A DNA stretch of 64,000 nucleotides from Squalus acanthias (taxonomy: Eukaryota), in contig CM059425.1 of assembly GCA_030390025.1 (NCBI GenBank), forward strand, positions 169,696,001 to 169,760,000, written 5' to 3'. Shown piece by piece: positions 37,962-50,633 of this stretch (the stretch's first letter is position 1; each line of letters starts with the position of its first letter). The notes beneath the pieces are model-generated. The model saw only the letters and a program-made list of their open reading frames with translations. It was not told where the DNA came from and did not search any database. A program made the position numbers and the translations under genes.

Positions 37962-39853
37962 CCCCTCATGCCGGGCTGGGGTTGTGCTGAGGTGATGGCA
38001 GGTAGCATGCTGCGGGATGGAGTTGAGGACACTCGCATCGAAGACAGAGTCGCGGTTAAGGAGATCTTCGAAGTGCTCCTTCCATCCGACAACTGAAGAA
38101 CAACAAGGCCTCAGGAGCAGATGGAATCCCCGCCGAGGCACTAAAGCATGGCAGAGAAGCACGACTGGTGCGAATTCATGAACTCATTTCTCTTTTCTGG
38201 AAGGAGGAGAGCATGCCAGGGGATCTCAGAGATGCCGTAATTGTGACCATCTTCAAGAAAGGTGACAAGTCCGATTGCGGTAATTACAGAGGAGTCTCCC
38301 TGCTGTCTGCCACAGGGAAAGTCATCGCAAGAATCCTCCTCAATCGCCTTCTCCCAGTGGCCGAAGAGCTCCTCCCAGAGTCGCAATGCGGATTCCGCCC
38401 ACTAAGGGGCACAATGGACATGATCTTCACCGCACATCAATTACAAGAGAAATGCAGGGAACAGCACCAACCGCTGTACATGGCCTTTTTTGATCTCACA
38501 AAGGCCTTCAACACTTTCAACCGTGAGGGATTATGGAGTGTCCTCCTCAAATTCGGCTGCCCTCAAAAGTTTGTCACCATCCTCTGCCTGCTGCACGGCG
38601 ACATGCAAGCCGTGATCCTGACCAATGGATCCACCACAGACCCAATTCACATACGAACCGGGGTCAAGCAAGGCTGTGTCATCACACCAACGCTCTTCTC
38701 GATCTTCCTTGCTGCAATGCTCCATCTCACCCTCAGTAAGCTTCCCACTGGAGTGGAGCTAATTTACAGAACAAATGGGAAACTGTTCAACCTCCAACGC
38801 CTCCAGTCCAGATCCAAGGTCATCCCATCCTCTGTCGTCAAATTACAGTATGCAGACAACGCTTGCGTCTGCGCTCACTTGGAGGTCAAACTCCAAACCA
38901 TCGTCAACACCTTCACCGAAGCGTATGAGAGCATGGGCCTTACACTAAACATCTGTAAGACAAAGGTCCTCTACCAACCTGCCCCCACCATACAGTACTG
39001 CCCCCCCCGATTATCAAAATCCACGACAAGGCCCTGGACAACGTGGACCACTTTCCATACCTCGGGAGCCTACTGTCAACAAGGGCAGATGTCGATGACA
39101 AAGTCCAACACCGCCTTCAGTGTGCCAGTGCAGCCTTCGATCGCCTGAGGAAGAGAGTGTTTGAAGACCAGGACCTCAAACCCGGCACTAAGCTCATGGT
39201 CTACAGAGCAGCAGTGATACCCGCCCTGCTGTATGCCTCAGAGACATGGTCCATGTACAGCAGGCACCTCAAAGCACTGGAGAGGTACCACCAACGCTGC
39301 CTCCGCAAGATCCTGCAAATCCATTGGCAGGATAGGCGCACCAACGTCAGTGTTCTCGCTCAGGCCAACATCCCCAGCATCGAAGCTTTGACCACGCTCG
39401 ATCAGCTCCGATGGACGGGTCACATTGTCCGCATGCCCGATACGAGACTCCCAACACAAGCACTCTACTCGGAGCTCCGGCACGACAAGAGAGCCCCAGG
39501 TGGGCAGAGGAAACGCTTCAAGGACACCCTCAAAGCCTCCTTGAAAAAGTGTAACATCCCCACTGACACCTGGGAATCCCTGGCCCAAGACCGCACAAAG
39601 TGGAGGAGAAGCATCTGGGAAGGCGCCGAACACCTCGAGTCTCTTCGCCGGGAGCAAGCGGAAGCCAAGCGCAGGCAGCACAAGGAGCGCACGTCAACCC
39701 AAGCACCCCACTCACCCGCCCCTTCAACCACCGTCTGCCCCACCTGTGACAGAGACTGTAGGTCCCGCATTGGACTCATCAGTCACCTGAGAACTCATTT
39801 TTAATGCGGAAGCAAGTCATCCTCGGTTCCGAGGGACTGCCTAAGAAGAGAAG
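37962..39853 (+). mobile_element. RTE-clade LINE, 5'-truncated with a 5' inversion (37962 to ~38084)
   Basis: RT motifs NYRGVSLL, QCGFR, DLTKAF, GVKQG and YADN; C-terminal C2H2-like motif; TSD AGGAAGAATA (37952-37961, 39854-39863); frameshift in the C run near 39005. Confidence 0.95.
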
Positions 39854-41059
39854 AGGAAGAATAGAAAAACAGAATTTTTTTAAATGGTGAGAAACTTTCA
39901 AATGTTGGTGTTCAGAGAGATTTGGGTGTCCTCGTGCAAGAAACACAGAAAGTTAGCATGCAGGTGTAGCAAGCAATAAGGAAGGCTAATGGCATGTTGG
40001 CCTTTATTGCAAGGGGGTTGGAGTATAAGAGTAAGAAAGTCTTGCTACAATTGTACAGGGCCTTGGTGAGATCACACCTGGAGTACTGTGCACAGTTTTG
40101 GTCTCCTTATCTAAGGAAGGATATACTTGCCTTGGAGGTGGTGCAGCGAAGGTTCACTAGATTGATTCCTGGGATGAGAGGTTTGTCCTATGAGGAGGGA
40201 TTGAGTAGATTGGGCCTATACTCTCTGGAGTTTAGAAGAATGAGAGATGATCTCATTGAAACATAAAAGATTCTGAGGGGAATTGACAGGGTAGATGCTG
40301 AGAGGTTGTTTCCTTTGGCTGGAGTGTCTAGAACTAGGGGGCATAGTCTCAGGATAAGGGGTCGACCATTTAAGACTGAGATGAGGAGGAATTTCTTCAC
40401 TCAGAGGGTTGTGAATCTTTGGAATTCTCTGCCCCAGAGGGCTGTGAATGCTGAGTCTTTGAGTATATTCAAGGCTGAGATAGAAAGATTGTTGGACTCT
40501 AGGGGAATCGAGGGATATGGGGATCGGGCGGGAAAGTCGAGTTTAGGCCGATGATCAGCCATGATCTTATTGAATGGTGGAGCAGGCTCGAGGGGCCATA
40601 TGGCCTACTCCTGCTCTTATTTCTTATGTTCTTATGTTCCAATGTGATAAGAATGATCTATTTAGTGGTTCAGGAAGAACTATATACAATCTAGGTTAAA
40701 GTGTATTTGTTGAGGGTAGACTGAAAATGTGGGCTGTCGTGGATGAGTACTTGGGGGAAGATCTTCCCAATGGAGCTGCGGCAGTTGCTTCTTCATCTTT
40801 TCTTGCTTGTCAAGGTTGTATATTTGACCCCAATATTAATGGGGAGTGGGGAGGGTGTGGGGGAATATGGGAAAACCCGGCAAGGCCAGGGACGCAGAGG
40901 CCCTGCTGATTCTAATGGCAGGGCCTCATTTAAATAATCTTCTGCAGACTCCCGCCCGACAGTCGGCCAAATTGACAGCCTCACCAGCGGCCGGAAGCAC
41001 ATGGAAGTGGCAGGAGGCCATAGCTGGGGACTGTGGGGACGGGGTGAAGGCTCCGTACT

Positions 41060-41235
41060 GTGATTGGGGCTGGTGGTGGGGGAGGGGGGTAGGGGAGGAG
41101 GAGACAGGACATTGGAGCTGATTGGGGCTGGTGGGGGGTGGGGGGGGGGAGACAGGACATTGGGGCTGATTGGGCTGGTGGGTGGGGGGGAGACAGGACA
41201 TTGGGGCCGATTGGAGCTGGTGGTGGTGGTGGGGC
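41060..41235. repeat. ~40-bp G-rich tandem repeat (3-4 copies) within a probable MITE
   Basis: ggagacaggacattggggctgattggggctggtgg units. Confidence 0.75.
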
Positions 41236-42300
41236 TAAAGGTTTCCTTGTGAGGCCTGGGGAGAGTACTACTACTCCTCCTGAGCCACAAGCAGTGCTAA
41301 AAGAGCTGATTTTCAGCATTTACCTTGGCCAGTGGCATTTTCCGCCTTGGATCTACTGCCAGGAATCCCACAGCACCGGTTTCCCCCTCACTCACTGTTA
41401 AATTTAAATTTAACTTTTGAGTATTAATTAGAACCCCACCTGCCTTTTGAGAAAGCCTCGTTGATGGCCTGATATGTGTTTGTAAAATTTTAAATGGGCT
41501 GGAATGGGGTCAGGTTGCTTGATTCCTATATTTTAAGCTCCCCTGACCCTCTCCCACCCTTCGGGGCGGTGGTGGGGGCGGGGCGTGGATTAACATTGAG
41601 GCCTTTGTTTCTGTATATTAATGGTCTTGTTGGATGGTAAAGTTGTGGAACAGTTGCAGACCATGGTGAATGTGAAAGATTTTGGCTTATAATGTATTGA
41701 AGTATCCTTCTGATCTGTCTAGGCATCTGAAGCACTGCTTCAACATGCCTAACATAGTAACATTAGGAACAGAAGCAGGCCATTCAGCCCCTCGAGCCTG
41801 TTCCATCGTTCTATTAGATCATGACTGCTTTATACATCAACTCCATTTAACCGCCTTAGTTCCAGATCCTTTGATACCCTTACCTAACGAAAATCTAACA
41901 ATCACAGTTTTGAAACCTTCAATTGACCCAACATCCACAGGGGGAGAAATTCGGTATCTCCCCGTTTGGGGCGCAATTATCGGCCGGGCGCAAAGTTTAG
42001 CGCCTGGCGCAAATTATCGCCTCCGACTGCAAACTTGACTTCTATCACCCCTGGAGGTGATTGGAGTGCTAAATCAGGCGCTGCACACCTGTCTTAAGGC
42101 GCAAAGGCCGAGGAGCGAGGCGCTAACTCAGAGCACTGGTGAAGCTCAGGTGATGTCAGTTAGCAATGGAACACAGACACACTGGCGCCAGCCAGTTCTT
42201 AAAGGGGAGGGTCGATCTTGGTCTTCAGCCACACCCTGCTCATTGCAGTCTTGAAGCTTGGCCTTGACAGACCTGTGCATCAATTCTGCAGCAAAGGACT

Positions 42301-44120
42301 CTGGAGAGGGCCAGGGAACGAGCTCAGCGCTTCAGTGACCGGGCCTTGGTGGCTCTGGTTGACGCAGTGGAGCGCCGAACAGCAATACTGTACCCAGAGA
42401 GTGGCAGGAGGCCATTGCCACGCGACTACAGAAGAGTGTGGAGGGAGGTGGCTCATCGCGTCTCCTCCAGGAGCCTGGTGCCCAGGACCCATACACAATG
42501 TCGCAAAAAGTTCAACGACCTCACTCGGATCGTCAGGGTGAGTGGCTGCTTTTCAATACCTCTCCATCCCTCCATCTCAACCTCACTCTATGGCCAGAGG
42601 GTGTAAAAACCCTAATGCCCAACACTCATCCAAGACCTATGGCCATCTCATAAAACACACATGCACATTCCACACCTTGCATATATTAAGGGCTGTTCAA
42701 CTATGGGAGGCACATCAGGCAAGCACATGGCTGCATACATTAAGGGCTATTCAACTATGGGGGCACATCAAGCAAGCAGATTGCTGCAAATTTATCTCAG
42801 ACACCGTCCTTTTTCTTGCAGGCCAAGCTATCTCACAACAGGTGGCAGCAGCAACGGACGGGTGGAGGGCCGCCTCAGCTGCAACCCCTCAGCAATCTGG
42901 AGGCGCACGTCCACAGGATTGTGGCAAGCCAGGTGATCGGTCCCGTCGCCCCTGGAGAGGCCAACCCCGTTTGGGACAGCAATGGTAAGGTCATCAGCTT
43001 TCTCTCCTCTCTCATTCCACTTGTCCCTCACAACACCAGCCTTTTACACTTCCAATCCAACTTACTAAATCGCTCCAGTCCTTGCTCCCTTACTGCCCCC
43101 CTGTCCTGACGCTAAAGCCACTCTTGTACCTCCCTGCTTTCAGATGGTGAACCACCAGCTGAGGAGACAGGCCCTCAAGCAGCCAGTGGGAGCGATGCCG
43201 CAGGCGAGGAGGAAGAGGAAGCCAGAGCCTCAACGCCAGCGTCTCCCGAGGAAGCCCATGCCCACACTGGGAACACGTCTTCCCTGGAGGGGAGCAGGGG
43301 GGAACGGTCTGATGCGGGTGAAGCTCCGGGACCCAGCGGGCTGCAGTAATGCGATGGGGGTAGGGAAGCTCGGGGGCCTTCTCCCCGGAGGGAGAGTAGG
43401 CCAGCGAGTCCTGCTGCACTGGATGCAGAAGAGGAGCGGCTCATTGTGGAAATGAACACCCAGGCGGTGGACATGCACACTGAGCTCATGGGTGCAATGG
43501 GAAGGGTGCCCGAAAGCATTGATGGACTGGCAAGGAGTGTAGAGCAGTCCGCTGCAGCACAGGCGGATGCAACGCAACTGCTTAGTGCTGCAATTCAGTC
43601 ACTGGCTGCTGTGATCCAATCTCAGACTGCTCTCATGCAGTCTCAGATTGAGGCAACGCAAGCACTGACTGCTGCCATCGCCGCTGGTTCGGCCACATCG
43701 CCCCGGGGGTCTCACCGCACCGCAGCAGGCCAACAATCTGTGCTCCAGCAGATTGCTCCGGATGCTGAAGTGCTGCTCCGTGGGAGTGCCAGTGTGTCGG
43801 ACGAGCAGGGAGGTGCTGTCCTCTCTCAGGATGACAGCATTCCTGCTCCCACCACTGTCACTTCCCCATTGCACTTGCCACCGCCTGTAGCCCAGACTGC
43901 TGCCGCCCATGCAGAGTTGGTGCAGTCTGCAGCCGGGCCCTCCAGGCCCAGAGCTGGTCGAGGGCATCCTTCAAGGGCATCTGTAGTCTCAGGATCTGAC
44001 ATTCAGCAGCCTTCCACCAGCCTTGCTGCAGTCACTGGGGCCCCATTACGGAGGAGCAGTAGGGTGGGAAGGGGGGAAGTGCGCAAGGGAAGGCGATCAC
44101 CCTCGAAGGGCAAAAAGTAG
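42301..44120 (+). pseudogene. Myb/SANT gene of element B (exons ~42301-42537, 42822-42984, 43144-44120)
   Basis: RERAQRFSDRAL..LVDAV...WREVA...RTHTQCRKKFNDL; GT-AG introns; premature TAA near 43348; no ATG at the expected start. Confidence 0.87.
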
Positions 44121-44431
44121 GAGGTCTCAGAAATGTTGGGAATGTCTTTATTAAAGGGAGAAGTTTGTCTGATAACCTTTGTTTAGTGTTTTGGCCATTA
44201 TCTCCAGGTTGTGAGAACCAGTTATGTTAATTAATGATTTGTTGTGTTTGTTTCTATTAGTTTGTCATGAATAAATGACACACACAGAGTTTGTAAAATA
44301 AAAAAGTTGTTGTATTCAAAATGTACATGTTTGGCCTTTGGAATCATTGCTGCCTTGGCCGGCTATAGGGGTTGCGGGTTGCTTTCCATCATGTTGTTCT
44401 CCATGCCAGAAGCCATCTTCTGAGTAGGGGC

Positions 44432-44525
44432 CTAGAAGCGGCTTGTTATCAGCCCTTGACGGATGGCCCTTGCAGTTTCAACATTGTGGGCCTCCCTCCT
44501 GCCTTGGTGCTGCTGCTGATCATCC

Positions 44526-44566
<41 letters not shown>

Positions 44567-47189
44567 CTCCTCCTCCTCCGGTGGTGCACCAAGGCCTGGT
44601 GGCATTGGCTGGGTCCTGGGGATTGCAAGGTTATGAAGAATGCAGCAAACAACTATGAAGAGGGAGACTCGCTCAGGAGAGTACTGCAGGGCTCCTCCTG
44701 AGTGGTCCAGACAGCGGATCCATTGCTTGAGCATGCCGATCGTCTGCTCAATGATGTTCCTGGTGGCGAGATGGCTCTCATTGTACCGCAGCTCAGCAGG
44801 GGTGTTGGGGTTACGGAGCGGTGTCATCAGCCAGGTGCAGAGTGGATAACCCTTGTCCCCGAACAGCCAACCACTTGGCTGATGTGGTGCCTGGAAAAGC
44901 TCTGGCACACCAGTCTGGCGTAGGATGCAAGCATCGTGGCTGCTGCCAGGATAGCGGGCATTGAGGGCGAGTATCAGTTGTCTGTGGTCACAGACCAACT
45001 GCACATTTAAGAAGTGGAACCCCTTGCGGTTTCGGAAAACCTCTGCATTCTCATGCGGTGCCCGCAATGCCACATGCGTGCAGTCAATGGTGCCCTGCAC
45101 CATGGGGAAGCCCGCTATCCTCGCAAAGCCCAATGCACGTTCATGCTGTTTGGTCTGGGTCATCGGGAAAGAGATGTACTGGCATTTCCTTTTATAGAGG
45201 GTATTTGTCACCTCCCGGATACAGCAATGGAATGTGAATGGGGAAATATTGCCGTAGTCCCCAGTAGCTGCTTGAAAGGAGCCAGTGGCATAAAAATTGA
45301 GAGCCACTGTGACCTTCACTGCCACCGACAGAGACATCGTGGTCCTCAGTTGAGGCTGCAGATCTGGTTGCAGCAGGTGGCAGAGCTCAGTGACCACCTC
45401 CTTGCTGAAGCGCAGCCTTCACAAACACTGCTCCTCAGACAAATTAATGTAGGAGAATTGTTCCTGGAATACCCTGGCAGGGTAAGGTCTCCTGTGCACA
45501 GGTCTGTTGGCCTTCCTCCCTCTGGCCATGATTGCCACTGTAGGGGGTGATGATTTGTGTCAGCTTCACCTCTGACTTCTAAGCAGTTCGAATCGCTCCC
45601 ACTCCCTTGGTTCTAGACCTTGGACTTATTTGGGGGTTGTGATAAAAGGTGCAGCAGACAACTGAGTTTGATGAAAGAACTTCAATCTTTATTAAAAGGT
45701 AAAACACAATAATAACACTCTTAACACTGTAAAGGTGGGGAACACTTCGATACAAGCGAGGGAAATGACAGTAGAACAATACTTCACCCCTCCCAACCCC
45801 ACTTTACTAGCTAAGTTAGGCTTTGAAGGACCAGGGATAATGCTCACCAATCCTTTGACAGTTGGGCTAAATCGCGGTTTTGGGGTTCGTTGTTTATGTC
45901 GGTTAGTGTCTGCCGTACCCCATACGCGGTAGAGGACTTCACCTGCGTATCTGGTCAGTCTTCGCGAGTCCGCTGATGCGGTAGGATGTTGGTTTGGATT
46001 TATCTGGTGAGTACCCAATTTCTTTTGGTTAGCAATAGGGTTTAGAGTCTTTGGGAAAATCTTACCCAGGGGTAAGTCAGGAGTAGATTGTAGAGTGGAA
46101 ACTTTGCGGTTCTTCGGGTTTTCTTCCCTCGAGTTGGTCTCTGTTGGTCGCGGTGGCCTGCGATTACCCGGTCAGTTGGGGGTAATATGCGGTTGTTGGT
46201 TTCGTGAGGCCTTTGGTTTCCGCGATGGTTTTAGGCCTTGTCTAGTGTGTCGGTCGACCTTGTGGAGCCGTCGGTGGCGTTTTGGCTTGTTGCTCCGGGT
46301 GACTGTGTTGGGACCGTTGTTGAAGGTTCGTCGAGGTGGTATCTTCACGAGCTGGACTCAGGTGTGTCTGAGTGGTGAGCGATGCCGACTCGCTTCCAGC
46401 TCGACTTGGGTCTGTGATGTTGCTCCTTGTCTCCACACTCGACTGTGTGTGTGATGCTGATGACCCGCTTGTCTCGACTGTCGAACCGCTTAACAGGCCT
46501 TCAATTATACCAAATTGAAGTGGCCTTATCTGCCCGCCAAATCTGCTCGGTTCTTTGTCTGATTTTGGCGGGCTAGTTACCAGTAACTGTTCTGTAAGTG
46601 CCAAATGGCTTTTGGGATGGCTTGCATCCTGTCGATCTCCTCGGTTGATCACTGGTGATTGGTTTCGTGTTTGGTTTTCTAGGCTGGACTCGGTCTTTCT
46701 ATAGAATGGGTCTGAGTGGTTTTTATTATGCATGTTTCTGATGGGCCCTGTAATTGGTTTTGATGGGGCCTGTATTTTGGGTGGGACTGCTCTTTCCCTG
46801 GGTTTATTGTTAAAATGTTAATATCCACTGGGGCTTGAGTGAGGTCATCCTGGTTCCCCAGACAGTGTAATTAACTCCAATATCCAAAACTGCTTTTACA
46901 GAGGTTGAACCCACCTTCCTTCACAGCCTTTTCTCCCTTACAAGTCCAGACATGTCTTTTAAAAATCCCAAATCTTGGTTTTTGCTCGAAAAGTCCTTCG
47001 GTTAAGCCCAATGCACTTCACCACCCTGTAAGAGCTAGGAAAGAGTCCAAAGTCTTTTTCCTTAGGGGTTTTCTTAGAGTTTTGGGGGATCTGTGAATTT
47101 TGAGAATCTTACACCACTCTCTGTCTGTGTCTCTGATGCTTCCGATTCTGCAGGCGCAGTACGACGCCCCGAATCAGTGCAGCCCCCAT
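44432..47189 (-). pseudogene. HARBI1-like transposase of element B, split by a solo LTR
   Basis: ATG at 47189; GTIDCTH, GDKGY and IEQ catalytic motifs; frame restored on removing the LTR; one TGA at 45419-45421. Confidence 0.93.
45539..47113 (-). mobile_element. Solo LTR (1575 bp), Gypsy or ERV type
   Basis: TGTA...TACA termini; 4-bp TSD CCAC (45535-45538, 47114-47117); AATAAA on the minus strand at 45688-45693; no coding homology seen. Confidence 0.88.
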
Positions 47190-48124
47190 AGCCTCTTGAC
47201 AATCGAAGTAATGAAGGTCAAATCCTAAAGAACCTGCAAAGTGATGCTCAGTAGCCAAAACTACTTCACACAGCGTTGACTCTCTGCAGAAGTCTCTCTC
47301 TCTCTCTCAGAATCTCTCTCTCTCTGTCAGAATGAGAGGTGCAAAAATGTCTCCCACAAAAAAAGGCAGGAAGAGGGCACCTTTAAATAGCGCTCCCCCA
47401 GCCCCTTCCCGACTACAAAACGTTCCACTCTCCCTGTTGTTGCTTGCGGCAGGCGGAAAGGAAGGGGGCGCCACTCAATATCCGGTCCGCGGCGCCACCG
47501 GGGCGTTGCACGCTCGACTGACGTCACGATCTGCGGGCGCAGGAGATCAGGGCGGTAGAATTTAGCGCCGCCACAAAAACTCTGGTCAATTTCGCGAGTG
47601 GTGCAAACATCGCCGCGCCGGGCGCTAGTTGCTTTGCGCCCCATTAGCGCCATCCTAGGGTGCTAACGGGAGGCGCAAAGCAACTGAATTTTTCCCCCAC
47701 AGACTTTTGGAGGCGAGAGTTCCTGATTTCTACTACCCTTTGTGTGAAAAAGTGCTTACTGATTTCGCTATTAATTGGCCTAGCTCTAATTTTAAGTTTA
47801 TGACCACTAGTTCTGGATTCCCCCACCAAAGGAAATAGTTTCTCTTTATCTACCTTATCAAATCTCTTTATGGTTTTAAACACTTCGATTAGATCACTCC
47901 TCAATCTTCTAAACTCAAGGGAATAGAAGCCAAGTTTGTGCAACCTGTCCTCATAATTAATCCTTTAAGCCCCAGTATCATTCTGGTCAATCTGTGCTTT
48001 ATCCTCTCCAAGGTTAATATATCTTTCTTGGTCCCTAAAACTGAACACAGTACTCCAGATGGGGTCTAACCAAGACTCTGTACAACTGAAGCATAACTTG
48101 CATTAGCCTTTTTGATTTTTTAAA

Positions 48125-48410
48125 ATACATTCTCGGGATTGGGACGTCGTTGGTAAAGCCAGCATTTACTGCCCATCCCTAGTTGCTCTGATAGTGGTTT
48201 TGATACAACTGAGTGGCTTTCTAGGCCACCTCAGAGTACAGTTAAGAGTCAACCATGATGGTGTGGGTCTGGAGCCACATATGGGCCAGACCAGGTCAAA
48301 ACAGCAGGTTTCCTTCCCTAAAGGACATTAATGAACCAGTTGGGTTTTTATGACAATCCAACAACTTCATGGTCACTTTTACTGATACCAGCATTTTATT
48401 TCCAGATTTT
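48125..48410 (-). mobile_element. SINE fragment, probably a Deu-domain shark SINE (SacSINE1-like)
   Basis: The central region resembles the recalled DeuSINE-type body; the 3' tail matches the LINE end at 62540-62605. Confidence 0.65.
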
Positions 48411-50633
48411 CTTTTAAGCACATGGCTTTGGTAACCACCATGAACTCAAAGATCAGGCTTTTCAGACAGACACAGGCCTCCGACAGAAAATGTTGCTGCA
48501 CGTACTTTAAGCACAGAAAATAATATTATATAAGTAAGTTTAATCTTTTGGTTGTGAACTTTGTAAACTTCAATGTCTTTTTAATGTTACAAACCTTATT
48601 TCAAGTAATAAGTTCTGAACTTAGTGGGGAAAGCAAAATGGTGACTGAAAAGGATGTCGTAAAATATTTGGAGCAACACAATTAGCACCCCTTCTACCCC
48701 TTGCCGGCTGTGGCTAACTGAAAATTTATCATTGGAAGTTTCTTGAAATTATGATTGGTAGCTTTCATTCCCATTGATTGGTATGTTGCATACCTGTTCA
48801 GTAGAAATTAGTTGATGTTTTATGAATTCCAAAGTTCAGTAAATTAAGTACCAGTACAATGTCAAAACACCTACGTGTGAGACAGAAAGTATGACATAGG
48901 AAGGGGGAGGAAATGAACGCTGAACACAATCGCCTTGAAAACTCATCATCCTTCTCCATGGTGGGGCGGGATCTTCACCTGCTGGCTCCAGGAGATAGCG
49001 ACAATGGCTTCATCACCAGCTGCTGTAAGGCAGTTAGTTTTTCCAAATTTGGTAGGCCTCACTTCCACCACCTGGCTTCAGTACACTGGGACACCGGAGG
49101 CAGAACTGGTGGCACAGGCTTAGTTCTGCTTCTCCGGCCAAGTCCTGGAAATCCCAGGGCAATGTAAAGGGAATGGAGAAGCAGCTTAACGGGTTTTTAC
49201 AACTTTTTCCCCAACCTTTGTGCCCAAGGAATGGACGTTCCCTAGGGCTTAAGGTCATGAAAATCGGACCCATTTAGTTGAAGCCCAGGCTTTAGCGATG
49301 AGTTGAGACTTTGAAGGAAAAACTTTAATGAAAGTTTAAAAGGCACAAAAGACAATTCAATGGATACATTAATCATAGTAATATGAAATATGTCATTTAA
49401 ATGTTTTTTATTTTGTTTAGATTGGACACTCTGGGGACGATTTCCTCTGCCTTTGCCTGGCTTTAACAGCGTGGCAACAGCCTCAAAATGGGGTCGGTAT
49501 TCTTATCGCCCCGTAAACACCAGCGATGCAGCCGGCTCTATTTTGAAAGTGTCCAAAGTGCCTGCCTGTTTCAGGTGATCGGTCCCTTATAGTATGGAGA
49601 TCGGGGTCCTCTGGTGTAAATGGCACCCCAATTGTCATTTTAGGTCGGAACTGGACAGTGCCTGGGCAGTGCTGCTCACCTGCCAGCTTTAAATGAGGCC
49701 GGGCTGGGGCCTCAAACTTGTGGGAGCCTCTTTGCCGCCAGAACGGGCAGCCAGCCAGTGCGCTCTGCCGATTGGATGCCCAAAAGTCAAAATCAACTGC
49801 TATAAATATTAATTACTGAGATAAAATGGCAGGTGAAAATTTTGTAAAAGCATTTTGAGCGATTCACTTAATTCATCAACAAACAAACAAAAATGCTAAA
49901 AATTGACGTAGGGAAATTGAATGAGAAATGTGGACACAGGAATTTACAATGGGAAAAGTTGATATTAAAGAATGACTAAAAGATGTAGCAATAGGAAGTA
50001 AAGTAATTAAAGGAAATACGTGCAGATATAAGATTTTTTAATAAATGCAGATACATGCAAACAGACATAGATTTGCACTTATACATGTTGTCATCAAGAG
50101 TGCTATTGACTTTCACTGCAAAAGAGTACATGTTAGGATTGTGTAAGATTGCCTCAAAAGATTCAACTTCAAAGTTTTAATTTGCTTTGCATAATTATTC
50201 ATGGTCATCTTGAACGAAAATACCCGACAGGGCCAACCAGACACTGGCAACAAGTTCAAAACGATTTACTTGATGAGCTGGAACCGCTGGTTTGATCTTC
50301 CACACCATGCTCGGGCTTTCACTTGCATTCCTGACACAGGATATACAGCAGTACTTACAACTGATGTGGAAACTTTATTAGAGAGTTGAATTGTTGACAA
50401 AGTCTTAACAGTTCAAAGTGTTTGCCTAAACTGAGGAGTAGTTTATCCAAATCTCTCAGACAGTTGTAACTGTTTCACAGCAGAACATATTTCATTTGAA
50501 AACAAAGATATTGAGCAAGAGGTCTGGATATTCTAAAATATTCCATATGGAAGATTTTTTTTGTTTCAATCTTCCTCCAGTTAAACACATCTGATTGCAA
50601 TCCAGACCAAATAAAGATGAGACAAGACCCACA

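Larger units (their letters stand above)
31258..40639 (+). mobile_element. Older 5'-truncated CR1 split into three pieces (31258-31556, 37071-37951, 39864-40639)
   Basis: ORF2 sequence is continuous across the MITE and RTE insertions; ends in a (TTCTTATG)n tail. Confidence 0.9.
41940..47698. mobile_element. PIF/Harbinger element B, structurally complete (Myb on +, transposase on -)
   Basis: TIRs GGGGGAGAAATTCGG / reverse complement GGGGGAAAAATTCAG; TSD ACA (41937-41939, 47699-47701). Confidence 0.95.
41750..48120 (-). mobile_element. Old CR1 3' end split by Harbinger B (41750-41936 and 47702-48120)
   Basis: The CR1 3' UTR/RT sequence joins across the TSD: ...catccACAgacttttgg... Confidence 0.85.

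Noticed and set aside
44432..45397. Host gene HARBI1 (and NAIF1 for the Myb genes)
   Set aside because: They lie inside TIR/TSD-bounded elements, occur in several diverged copies and carry lesions, so they are transposon genes rather than domesticated loci.
46242..46733. 163-aa ORF inside the LTR as a retroviral accessory gene
   Set aside because: Ser/Thr/Pro-biased with no motifs; consistent with chance.
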